DNA from: Bacillus subtilis subsp. subtilis str. 168
Lineage (GTDB): Bacteria > Bacillota > Bacilli > Bacillales > Bacillaceae
Direction: 5' to 3'
NCBI RefSeq assembly: GCF_000009045.1
Contig: NC_000964.3
Span: forward strand, 1,426,001 to 1,490,000
DNA length: 64,000 nucleotides
Of the stretch, positions 20,337 through 28,957 are shown piece after piece (position 1 is the stretch's first letter; the number at the start of each line of letters is the position of its first letter). The notes below the pieces were generated by a model. That model saw nothing but the letters and a program-made list of their open reading frames with translations. It was not told where the DNA came from and did no database searches. The translations under genes were made by a program, and so were the position numbers.

Positions 20337-20568
20337 CGGGACAATTATTTTTGACACCAAGAGTCAATCTCCAAAAGCTATTTTTACTGTCAATCACGAT
20401 AAAAAGGGGCCGTTGCCTTCGGGAACATATACATTATGGTTTGAAAATGAACAGTCACTCAGAGCAAAAATAAAACTCGCTCAAAAATATAATCTGAAAG
20501 GTCTTGGCAGCTGGAGTCTTGGACAAGAAGATGCGTCAGTCTGGAATACAGTGTTTAAAAATATATAA
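20317..20568 (+). pseudogene. ykzR: GH18 hydrolase, C-terminal fragment in +1 frame
   Basis: [11 protein letters not shown]...[15 protein letters not shown], the GH18 C-terminal signature; overlaps the ykvQ stop. Confidence 0.75.
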
Positions 20569-20784
20569 TGATTTATAGTTCAGAACAAAATTCGAAGATA
20601 ATTGCAATGAATCTCTAAATGGACATACTGAAAGGAGTTTATTACGAGTGCGGGTAAAACAGTGAGGGCATTCCATAGGCCCTTCTCCCAAAATGTTCTA
20701 CACGAGGCATTACATTGGGCTTGAAATACACATTCAAACTTATGTTATAGTACGCATTTTACGGATGTGTTGAATTTATTCTGC

Positions 20785-20915
20785 TTCCATGATTTAATCA
20801 TACACATGCTACTTGATAGCAGGGTTATCGCATTTCATTCAGAATTGTTCAGGATCGATATGGAAGCGCACGACTAACTAGAACTTTAAAAGCATACACT
20901 CATATACTTCCTGAA
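20785..20915 (+). pseudogene. degenerate tyrosine-integrase C-terminus
   Basis: FHDL-(1-nt deletion)-HTHAT**QGYRISFRIVQDRYGSARLTRTLKAYTHILPE resembles the HxLRH...LGH...Y box II. Confidence 0.7.
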
Positions 20916-21000
20916 TGGATGCTGGTTTATCTAAAAAACATGATGAGAATTGATTGTACGCATGGTGAAGCATGACTTGTTGATAATCGACCATATGGTT

Positions 21001-21025
21001 TCTCCTTAGAAATGAGGGGGTTTTT
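21001..21025 (+). terminator. plus-strand terminator after the integrase relic
   Basis: CUCCUUA-GAAA-UGAGGGG stem followed by GUUUUU. Confidence 0.6.
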
Positions 21026-21027
21026 AC

Positions 21028-21108
21028 ATAAAAAAGACGAGCGAATCCGGGGGGAATTCCACTCGCCGCTTTCTAATGAAAAGACGGGATGCTGGATGGC
21101 AGCTCGTC
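21028..21108 (-). ncRNA. candidate ~80-nt small RNA
   Basis: Minus-strand TTTACA-18-TATAAT (21144-21115), three hairpins, terminator with C-rich loop + U-tract, no CDS. Confidence 0.45.
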
Positions 21109-21250
21109 TGTTTTATTATAATTTAACGAACGTATGTTTGTAAAGGTGTCTTTTCGAATGAATTGGTTCATATAACCGTTAAGAACAGATTCATTGTAAA
21201 CATTCGCTAAGGTATGCTAAGATGCATGGACTATAAAGGAGTGATATGAA

Positions 21251-21541
21251 GTGAAGACATTGCGGTTAAACAATGTAACGTTAGAAATGGCTGCATATCA
21301 AGAGGAGAGCGAGCCGAAGCGAAAAATTGCATTTACCTTAAACGTTACGAGTGAGACTTACCATGATATCGCTGTCCTGTTGTATGAAAAAACGTTTAAT
21401 GTCGAGGTTCCGGAACGCGATCTTGCCTTCCGGGGGGAAATGACAAATTATTCAACATCATTGACCAACCTGTACGAACCAGGGGCCGTCAGCGAGTTCT
21501 ATATAGAAATAACGGAAATAGACAAAAACGCCGATTCATGA
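21251..21541 (+). CDS. ykvR: conserved protein of unknown function
   Basis: RBS AAGGAG, GTG start, bidirectional terminator after it. Confidence 0.8.
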   Translation: MKTLRLNNVTLEMAAYQEESEPKRKIAFTLNVTSETYHDIAVLLYEKTFNVEVPERDLAFRGEMTNYSTSLTNLYEPGAVSEFYIEITEIDKNADS

Positions 21542-21661
21542 TCGGTGTTTTTTATGTAAAAAAGCTGCCGGCCGGCAGCTTTTGAGAAAGCGAATTTCAT
21601 ATGTAAGGTGTTAAATTGTCCGTCTTGCAGTTTTTTGAATAAATGTGGAAATAAGGAGGTT

Positions 21662-21847
21662 TTAATAGGAGTCTCTGATGATCTTATAATTTTTATGATT
21701 AACAACTGTCAATGAATCTAACTCAAGATCCCGATAGTTATCCATGATCGTCACATCAACGATAACAGAATTCTCATTTACTTTTTCAACAACACCGGTT
21801 AATCCGTTTTTAAATTCAATGACATTCCCAACCTTAGCGATTTTCAC
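21662..21847 (-). CDS. ykvS: YkvS/DUF2187-family small protein
   Basis: RBS AAAGGAGAGG, GTG start; KIAKVGNVIEFKNGLTGVVEKVNENSVIVD. Confidence 0.8.
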   Translation of the reverse strand: MKIAKVGNVIEFKNGLTGVVEKVNENSVIVDVTIMDNYRDLELDSLTVVNHKNYKIIRDSY

Positions 21848-22012
21848 AAGCTTCCTCTCCTTTAAACATAATAATGCCTTTTGAAAGTATTTTGCAGTAT
21901 TTTCATTGAGAAGTAAAGCGATAAGGAGTTTTATCTCCCTTATGAATTGTTCTGTCGCTATAAAGATGATATATTGATTTTCGTCAATAGAAAGAAAAGG
22001 GGGGAATTTTTG

Positions 22013-22207
22013 TTGCGTCCCGAAGAAATAACAGAAATGATTGAACAGCTGCGCACCGGCGCCATAAACGAACTGAGAGTCCAGAAAGAGCATTTTCTTG
22101 ATTTCAGGGCCGTGTTATCTAAACAAGATGATTTTAAACATTTCCGAGGAATTGCCCAGCAAGGCGGAGATGTTATCTTTCAATACTTAGAACAGCCAAG
22201 AAGCTGA
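22013..22207 (+). CDS. ykzS: small conserved hypothetical protein
   Basis: RBS AAGGGGG, TTG start; [16 protein letters not shown]; terminator follows. Confidence 0.75.
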
Positions 22208-22284
22208 AGGTTTCTCATACGTGAGAAGCCTTTTTATCATATATGACAGAACACAAGCCTTTTATTACAGCTGTCTGTAACAGG

Positions 22285-22301
22285 TGTAAATAAAATGTAA
22301 A
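22285..22301 (+). promoter_or_regulatory. WalR box upstream of ykvT
   Basis: TGTAAA-TAAAA-TGTAAA matches TGTWAH-N5-TGTWAH. Confidence 0.7.
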
Positions 22302-22505
22302 GTACCAAAGATGGATAAACATGTTTTAATTTAACAATATTTATAGAATTTCAGACTGTTTTTTTGCCATTAAGCAGTGAGTCATCCTCTTTATTCCATC
22401 CTGATACCTCCTTGGGAGAGTTGGAAAATCTTTTTCCGTGAAAATGAATGGATCTCTTGTTAAGGTTATGAAGTGTTTTTTGGAGCACTTTAAGGAGGAA
22501 ACTGT

Positions 22506-23132
22506 ATGACAACGAAATTCACTGCTCTGGCTGTTTTTCTTCTTTGTTTCATGCCTGCAGCCAAAATTGAGCATACACAAGCTTCACTACTGAGCGCAAA
22601 GAAGACAAAACATGAAGAAGCGAAATGGCTTACACATATAGATCGAAATACGAATGAATCTTTCCCTTCACTGTCTGCTGATAAAGACAAGAAAATAAAA
22701 CCGATTAAGCTATCAGCACACACTGAAAAGAAAGAGAAAGATAAACCGGACAAAACAAATGATGAGAAAGAAACATATACACAGTCTGAAAAAGAGTTGC
22801 TGTCCCGTCTCGTTCACGCAGAGGCCAAAGGAGAATCATATAAAGGCAAGGTCGCTGTAGCAAGCGTTGTACTGAACAGGACGGAGAAAAAAGGTTTTCC
22901 TGATACGATAAGAGGAGTTATTTATCAGAAAAACGCCTTTGAACCGGTCGCAAACGGGAGCATTAACCAAAAGCCTGATAAAGAATCGATTGAAGCTGCC
23001 GAAGAAGCGCTGTCCTCAAAAAATAGAGAAACAGATGCCATATTCTTTTATAATCCGAAAACAGCGTCAGATAATTGGATTCGTTCAAGAAAAATCGTAG
23101 AAAAAATCGGCAGACACGTTTTTGCCGTCTAA
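22506..23132 (+). CDS. ykvT: secreted SleB-like (Hydrolase_2) cell-wall hydrolase
   Basis: Signal peptide; [35 protein letters not shown] motifs. Confidence 0.9.
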
Positions 23133-23191
23133 GCATAGAAGAGACAATTTGTCTCAGCTGTGCTTTTTTTCATATAAAGAGTAAAAATAAA

Positions 23192-23218
23192 ATAATTTTT
23201 GAACTTGTCTCATATGAT
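23192..23218 (+). promoter_or_regulatory. probable sigma-E promoter of ykvU-stoA
   Basis: ATA-16 bp-CATATGAT; the same GAACTTGTCTCATA 14-mer occurs upstream of ykvI (12026-12039). Confidence 0.55.
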
Positions 23219-23249
23219 GTTGGTAGTACAAGAGACAAGGAGAGACATC

Positions 23250-24587
23250 ATGAATCGATTTGTGAAAGGGATCATTCTTTTATCCATTGCCGCCTTTTTC
23301 GCTGAATGCCTTGAATTTGTCGTCAATATGATTTTGGCGCGGGAGCTTGGCGAGCATGGGATGGGGCTTTACATGAGTATTTTGCCCACGATCTTTTTAA
23401 TTATTGTCATCGCGAGCCTGGAACTGCCGATATCCATTTCTAAATTCATTGCCGAGTCAAATCCTAAGCTTCATGAAAGCATGCTGAGGCACGCTTTCAG
23501 AATGACAGCCATTTTTACTGCTTTTTCTACTGCCGCCGCTAGTATTGCGCTTCCGTTTATTCCGGTATTTGATACATACCACCCGTTTATTAAAGGGATT
23601 GTCATCGGCTTAATTCCTGTTGTCGCCTTTACTTCAATCGCCAGGGGCTACTTTATGGGTGTGCAGAAAATGGGGAAGATCGCAATTGCCAATGTGCTGA
23701 AAAAAATCATCCAGCTCTTGTGCTTATTCCTCTTTTTTCAATGGTACTCATTTGAATTGGACATGGCTGTGCTGATTTCCTTGTTTGTTCTAGTCGTGAG
23801 TGATGTGGTCGTGCTTGTTTATTTATATTCACAATTTATCATGGCAAGGCGGGCGTTATCCGGCCAGCAGCACATTCATTTGCGCGGAAAGGATGTAAGG
23901 AAAAGACTGCTTGCTGTTTCAATTCCTACAACAGGACTGCGTATTTTTCATGCGGTTGTCAATGCAATTGAACCCTTTTTAGTAAAAGGAGCTCTTTTGG
24001 CTGCGGGCGTTGCCGGGACAGCGGCGATCGATCAATACGGAATGCTGGCAGGAGTGGCTGTGACGATAGGGTCGTTCCCTGCTTTTATTGCCCATTCGTT
24101 AATGGTCGTCATGATACCGAGTATTTCGGAAGCTTATGCACTTTCTCAGTATGACATCGTGTTAAAAAGGCTGAAGCAGTCGATTTTCATTACATTAGGT
24201 TACGGTATACCTGCCGTCTGGGTCATGTTCCAGTTTGCGGGACCTCTCACGCATTTGTTTTTTCACTCTCCTGAAGCGCAGTATTACTTGCAGCTGTTGT
24301 GGCCTTACTTTCTCTTTCATCTGTTTGTCATGCCGCTGCAGGCGTGCTTAATCGGGATGGGTTTTGTGAAAGAGGCTTTTTATCACAATGTATGGAGCCA
24401 TATCGTTGCGCTAAGTATGATGTATGTACTGGGATCAATGGAGAATCTGCAAATGCTCGGGATTATCCTTGGAATGAACACTGGCATGATTCTTTTGACG
24501 AGCCTGCACTATGCCACGATCTGCAAAGCATTGAAGGTATCTGTATTTCTTACGGGAGGGACCAGAACGCCGCGAATTGAAGGATGA
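23250..24587 (+). CDS. ykvU: SpoVB/MurJ-like (MOP) membrane protein, spore cortex
   Basis: ILARELGEHGMGLY, LPISISKFIAE; 12 or more TM segments. Confidence 0.88.
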   Translation: MNRFVKGIILLSIAAFFAECLEFVVNMILARELGEHGMGLYMSILPTIFLIIVIASLELPISISKFIAESNPKLHESMLRHAFRMTAIFTAFSTAAASIALPFIPVFDTYHPFIKGIVIGLIPVVAFTSIARGYFMGVQKMGKIAIANVLKKIIQLLCLFLFFQWYSFELDMAVLISLFVLVVSDVVVLVYLYSQFIMARRALSGQQHIHLRGKDVRKRLLAVSIPTTGLRIFHAVVNAIEPFLVKGALLAAGVAGTAAIDQYGMLAGVAVTIGSFPAFIAHSLMVVMIPSISEAYALSQYDIVLKRLKQSIFITLGYGIPAVWVMFQFAGPLTHLFFHSPEAQYYLQLLWPYFLFHLFVMPLQACLIGMGFVKEAFYHNVWSHIVALSMMYVLGSMENLQMLGIILGMNTGMILLTSLHYATICKALKVSVFLTGGTRTPRIEG

Positions 24588-24637
24588 TAAAGGAACAGCA
24601 GGGGCAAGCTAATTGAAAAGCATGAAAGGAAGATTCC

Positions 24638-25135
24638 ATGTTGACGAAGCGCTTGCTTACTATATACATTATGTTATTAGGGTTGATTGCATGGTTTCCA
24701 GGTGCGGCACAAGCTGAGGAAAAACAGCCTGCTGTTCCCGCTGTTTTTCTTATGAAAACGATAGAAGGGGAGGACATCTCGATTCCGAATAAAGGGCAAA
24801 AAACAATTCTCCATTTTTGGACGTCATGGTGCCCGCCCTGCAAAAAGGAGCTTCCACAGTTTCAATCGTTTTATGATGCCCATCCATCCGACAGTGTAAA
24901 GCTGGTAACGGTGAATTTAGTGAATTCGGAACAAAATCAGCAAGTCGTTGAAGACTTTATTAAAGCAAACAAGCTGACGTTTCCGATTGTCCTTGACTCA
25001 AAAGGGGAATTGATGAAGGAGTATCATATCATCACGATCCCAACATCATTTTTGCTGAATGAAAAGGGAGAAATTGAAAAAACAAAAATTGGCCCGATGA
25101 CAGCGGAACAACTGAAGGAATGGACGGAAGAATAG
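24638..25135 (+). CDS. stoA: sporulation thiol-disulfide oxidoreductase
   Basis: N-terminal anchor; thioredoxin fold FWTSWCPPC. Confidence 0.92.
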   Translation: MLTKRLLTIYIMLLGLIAWFPGAAQAEEKQPAVPAVFLMKTIEGEDISIPNKGQKTILHFWTSWCPPCKKELPQFQSFYDAHPSDSVKLVTVNLVNSEQNQQVVEDFIKANKLTFPIVLDSKGELMKEYHIITIPTSFLLNEKGEIEKTKIGPMTAEQLKEWTEE

Positions 25136-25191
25136 CTGAGAGCATAGACTCTCAGCTTTTTTCATATAGAGAAGAAGTGAATAAACATTAA

Positions 25192-25229
25192 TGATAATTA
25201 TTATCAAAAAGAAATTAAAATAATTATAA
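25192..25229 (+). promoter_or_regulatory. Fur box and PerR box upstream of pfeT
   Basis: TGATAAT-T-ATTATCA (25192-206, perfect Fur 7-1-7); TTAAAAT-A-ATTATAA (25215-29, one mismatch to the Per box). Confidence 0.8.
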
Positions 25230-25370
25230 TTGAAATTCTCTTCGTGCGTGCTATAATAAAGGAAGACATCAAGAAATAACTGACGATAAAGCTGCCTTTT
25301 GGGCAGCGATTTTGTTTTTATAAGAGAAATGAAGATGATTTACGTTCTCAATTAGAGAGGAGAATTCGAT

Positions 25371-27284
25371 ATGAATGAACAAGTTATCGTTCAACGCGAC
25401 CCGCATGAGCCATTGAAAACAGACAAGAGGGAAAAAAACTGGGCACAGCACGCGGAGCTTATTGCAGCACTTGTATCAGGCGCTCTTATTTTGGCAGGCT
25501 GGCTCTTATCCGGATATCAGGTATTATCCATAATACTTTTCTTGCTGGCTTTTGTGATCGGCGGATTTGCTAAAGCGAAGGAAGGAATCGAAGAAACACT
25601 CGAATCCAAAACGCTGAATGTAGAACTTTTAATGATTTTCGCTGCCATTGGTTCCGCCTTGATCGGATACTGGGCAGAGGGTGCTATTTTAATATTTATT
25701 TTTTCCTTAAGCGGAGCTTTAGAAACATACACGATGAATAAAAGCAGCAGAGATTTAACGTCTTTAATGCAGCTTGAGCCTGAAGAAGCGACATTGATGG
25801 TCAATGGTGAAACCAAAAGAGTTCCGGTTTCAGACTTGCAGGCCGGTGATATGATTGTGATCAAACCTGGAGAACGCGTAGCGGCAGACGGTATCATTGA
25901 ATCGGGCTCGACAAGTCTTGACGAGTCGGCTTTAACAGGTGAATCAATGCCTGTAGAAAAAAACACAGGCGACACTGTATTCACAGGAACGGTGAATCGC
26001 AATGGCTCCTTGACAGTCCGTGTCACGAAAGCAAATGAAGATTCGTTATTCAGAAAAATTATCAAACTGGTTGAATCAGCGCAAAATAGTGTTTCACCCG
26101 CGCAGGCTTTCATCGAACGATTTGAAAATGCTTATGTGAAAGGTGTGCTAATTGCGGTGGCGCTCCTTTTATTCGTCCCGCACTTTGCGCTGGGCTGGAG
26201 CTGGAGTGAAACCTTCTACCGCGCAATGGTGTTTATGGTTGTCGCGTCACCTTGTGCGCTTGTCGCCTCTATTATGCCGGCGGCGCTGTCCCTGATTTCA
26301 AATGGCGCCCGCAACGGTATGCTTGTGAAAGGAAGCGTCTTTCTTGAACAGCTGGGCTCAGTGCAAATGATCGCCTTTGATAAAACCGGAACTGTAACAA
26401 AAGGCCAGCCTGCCGTAGAGACGATCAGAATAGCAGAAGGATTCAGTGAAGCGGAAGTTCTTGAGGCTGTCTATGCCATCGAAACGCAATCAAGCCATCC
26501 GCTCGCCCAAGCCATAACGGCGTACGCTGAAAGCCGCGGCGTGAATCAGTCCGGCTACATATCTATAGAAGAAACCTCAGGGTTTGGCGTTATGGCAGAA
26601 GTGTCGGGTGCGAAATGGAAGGTCGGTAAAGCAGGTTTTATCGGCGAGGAAATGGCAGCACAATTTATGAAACAAACAGCATCAGATGTCATTCAAAGCG
26701 GTCATACAATTGTATTTGTGAAAAAGGATGATCAAATAGCAGGCTGTATCGCACTGAAGGACCAAATCAGGCCTGAAGCAAAAGAGGTCATGGAAGAACT
26801 GAACCGACTTGGGATTAAAACGGCCATGCTGACAGGAGATCACGAAGACACGGCTCAAGCGATTGCCAAGGAAGCCGGCATGACAACTGTCGTGGCAGAA
26901 TGCCTGCCTGACCAAAAAGTGAATGAAATCAAACGGTTAAAAGAAGAATTCGGAACGATTGCAATGGTGGGTGACGGAATCAATGATGCGCCGGCACTCA
27001 AAGCAGCGGATGTCGGCATTGCGATGGGCGGCGGAACAGATGTAGCACTTGAGACCGCTGATATGGTCCTCATGAAAAACGATTTGAAAAAGCTCGTAAA
27101 CATGTGCCGCTTGTCTCGGAAAATGAACAGGATCATCAAACAAAATATCGTGTTTTCTCTAGCTGTAATCTGCCTGCTGATTTGTGCAAACTTTTTGCAG
27201 GCGATGGAATTGCCATTTGGCGTGATTGGTCATGAGGGCAGCACGATTTTAGTCATACTAAACGGTTTAAGACTCCTAAAATAA
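25371..27284 (+). CDS. pfeT: P1B4-type ATPase, Fe(II) efflux (ZosA)
   Basis: SPC, DKTGT, TGES, GDGIND and HEGST motifs. Confidence 0.93.
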   Translation: MNEQVIVQRDPHEPLKTDKREKNWAQHAELIAALVSGALILAGWLLSGYQVLSIILFLLAFVIGGFAKAKEGIEETLESKTLNVELLMIFAAIGSALIGYWAEGAILIFIFSLSGALETYTMNKSSRDLTSLMQLEPEEATLMVNGETKRVPVSDLQAGDMIVIKPGERVAADGIIESGSTSLDESALTGESMPVEKNTGDTVFTGTVNRNGSLTVRVTKANEDSLFRKIIKLVESAQNSVSPAQAFIERFENAYVKGVLIAVALLLFVPHFALGWSWSETFYRAMVFMVVASPCALVASIMPAALSLISNGARNGMLVKGSVFLEQLGSVQMIAFDKTGTVTKGQPAVETIRIAEGFSEAEVLEAVYAIETQSSHPLAQAITAYAESRGVNQSGYISIEETSGFGVMAEVSGAKWKVGKAGFIGEEMAAQFMKQTASDVIQSGHTIVFVKKDDQIAGCIALKDQIRPEAKEVMEELNRLGIKTAMLTGDHEDTAQAIAKEAGMTTVVAECLPDQKVNEIKRLKEEFGTIAMVGDGINDAPALKAADVGIAMGGGTDVALETADMVLMKNDLKKLVNMCRLSRKMNRIIKQNIVFSLAVICLLICANFLQAMELPFGVIGHEGSTILVILNGLRLLK

Positions 27285-27321
27285 AACCAGCAGCCTAATC
27301 AGGCTGCTGGCTTTTTATGTA

Positions 27322-27525
27322 TCAAGCTTTCCCTTCATTTTTGTCTTTATCAGATCTTTTCATAACTAGGATGAGAGCGAGGGTGCAGCAAAGGAAACCC
27401 GCTGCACAGCCTATGATAGAGCTGTAATAATAAAAGCCCACCATCTTCATCCCGATAAAAGGAGCGGAAATTCCCAAAACCGTTAAGAGCATAACTGCTT
27501 TTCGTCTGAAAAAATTCATCAGCAA
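27322..27525 (-). CDS. candidate ~67-aa two-TM membrane protein
   Basis: GGGGGG RBS 9 nt before TTG 27525; two hydrophobic segments and a charged tail; shares a bidirectional terminator with pfeT. Confidence 0.55.
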   Translation of the reverse strand: MLMNFFRRKAVMLLTVLGISAPFIGMKMVGFYYYSSIIGCAAGFLCCTLALILVMKRSDKDKNEGKA

Positions 27526-27690
27526 ACGGAACAACCCCCCTGCGATTGAACGTTACTGTCAGTATACAGGAAGAGGAGCAGGAAATAAAATGCATTAGAA
27601 AATGAAGGCGTCGTGAAAGGCAAACACCGGTAAAACCTGTTACAATGGAAGACAGAACAATGCATTGCAAATGGCAGGGAGGAACAAGAA

Positions 27691-28782
27691 GTGAATAGAA
27701 TACAACGCGTCTCTTCATGGCTGAAGGAAGCGGGGCATACTGCCGCATTTATTCATACGAAAGAAAATGTTTTTTACTTAACCGGTTTTTACACAGAGCC
27801 GCATGAAAGATTAATGGGGTTATTTATTTTTCAAGAAGAGGAGCCTTTCTTTGTTTGTCCAGGAATGGAAGCAGGACAGGCCCGCAACGCAGGCTGGAAT
27901 CATGAAATCATTGGCTATGCGGATCACGAAAATCCGTGGGAGCTGATAGAGAAGGCTTTGAAAAAGCGAAATATCAGCATACATATGCTTGCGGTAGAAA
28001 AGGATTCAATCTCGCTGTCACGTGCAGAACAGCTGAAGCATGCGACGGGCGGGGCTCAATTTGTTTCAGCAGAAGAAACACTCAATCAATTTCGCCTGAT
28101 TAAAGATGACAATGAGATTCGTTTGCTGAAAGAGGCGGCAAAGCTTGCAGATTACGGTGTTGAAGTCGGCACAGCCGCTTTGCGTGAAGGCATCAGTGAA
28201 GTGGAAGTGCTCGCTCAAATTGAGTATGAGCTGAAGAAAAAAGGAATTCAGGGCATGTCTTTCTCTACAATGGTTTTATTCGGAGAAAAATCTGGCCAGC
28301 CTCATGGAAATCCTGGTACAGCCACGTTGAAGAAAGGTGATTTTGTTTTATTTGATCTCGGTGTTATTCTTGATGGCTATTGCTCTGATATTACAAGAAC
28401 GTTTGCATACAAAACCATCAATCCGAAGCAGGAGGCCATTTACGAGACTGTGCTTCAAGCGGAAAAAGCCGCGATTGAGGCAAGCAAACCCGGTGTGAGA
28501 ATCGGAGATCTGGATTTAACTGCCCGCGGAATCATTGAAAAAGCGGGATATGGTGATTATTTTCCTCACCGGCTTGGGCATGGACTCGGAATTTCAGTCC
28601 ATGAGTATCCATCAATGAGCCAGGCCAACGATACACTGCTGCAGGAAGGCATGGTCTACACGATCGAACCGGGGATTTATGTGCCAGAGATCGGCGGCGT
28701 ACGCATTGAGGATGACGTTCACGTAACAAAGGACGGAGCAGTTGCTCTGACCCAATATCCAAAGGATTTGATCATACTGTAA
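27691..28782 (+). CDS. papB: Xaa-Pro peptidase (M24 family)
   Basis: PHG, DLG...GYCSDITRT, HRLGHGLG...HE, TIEPG and GVRIED motifs (formerly ykvY). Confidence 0.9.
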   Translation: MNRIQRVSSWLKEAGHTAAFIHTKENVFYLTGFYTEPHERLMGLFIFQEEEPFFVCPGMEAGQARNAGWNHEIIGYADHENPWELIEKALKKRNISIHMLAVEKDSISLSRAEQLKHATGGAQFVSAEETLNQFRLIKDDNEIRLLKEAAKLADYGVEVGTAALREGISEVEVLAQIEYELKKKGIQGMSFSTMVLFGEKSGQPHGNPGTATLKKGDFVLFDLGVILDGYCSDITRTFAYKTINPKQEAIYETVLQAEKAAIEASKPGVRIGDLDLTARGIIEKAGYGDYFPHRLGHGLGISVHEYPSMSQANDTLLQEGMVYTIEPGIYVPEIGGVRIEDDVHVTKDGAVALTQYPKDLIIL

Positions 28783-28831
28783 TAGAAATAAAAAAGGACT
28801 TTGTTCTCGACATCGTCCTTTTTTATCTGCA

Positions 28832-28957
28832 TTAAATAAAAAAATCATCAAATGTTCGAAAGGGTTTAATTTCATGTTTTTGGTTGAGAGGTTTTACAGC
28901 AAGACAGCTGCCACCGAGAACAGTGAGACATAACCCAATTAAAATGAAGAAACCCAT
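28832..28957 (-). CDS. candidate 41-aa single-TM protein (MGFFILIGLCLTVLGGSCLAVKPLNQKHEIKPFRTFDDFFI)
   Basis: AAAGGAGAAG RBS 5 nt before ATG; stops just before a bidirectional terminator. Confidence 0.6.
   Translation of the reverse strand: MGFFILIGLCLTVLGGSCLAVKPLNQKHEIKPFRTFDDFFI

Larger units (their letters stand above)
15789..21182. mobile_element. candidate decayed integrative element / genomic island
   Basis: AT-rich relative to flanks; two broken genes, an integrase C-terminal relic, a repeat array at the left edge and a possible att-like 11-mer. Confidence 0.45.

Noticed and set aside
20878-20994. 38-aa minus-strand ORF with apparent AAGGAG RBS
   Set aside because: The 'RBS' is the complement of a plus-strand terminator stem, and the ORF is antisense to the integrase relic.
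22341-22753. Minus-strand ORFs overlapping ykvT and its leader
   Set aside because: Antisense shadows without RBS.
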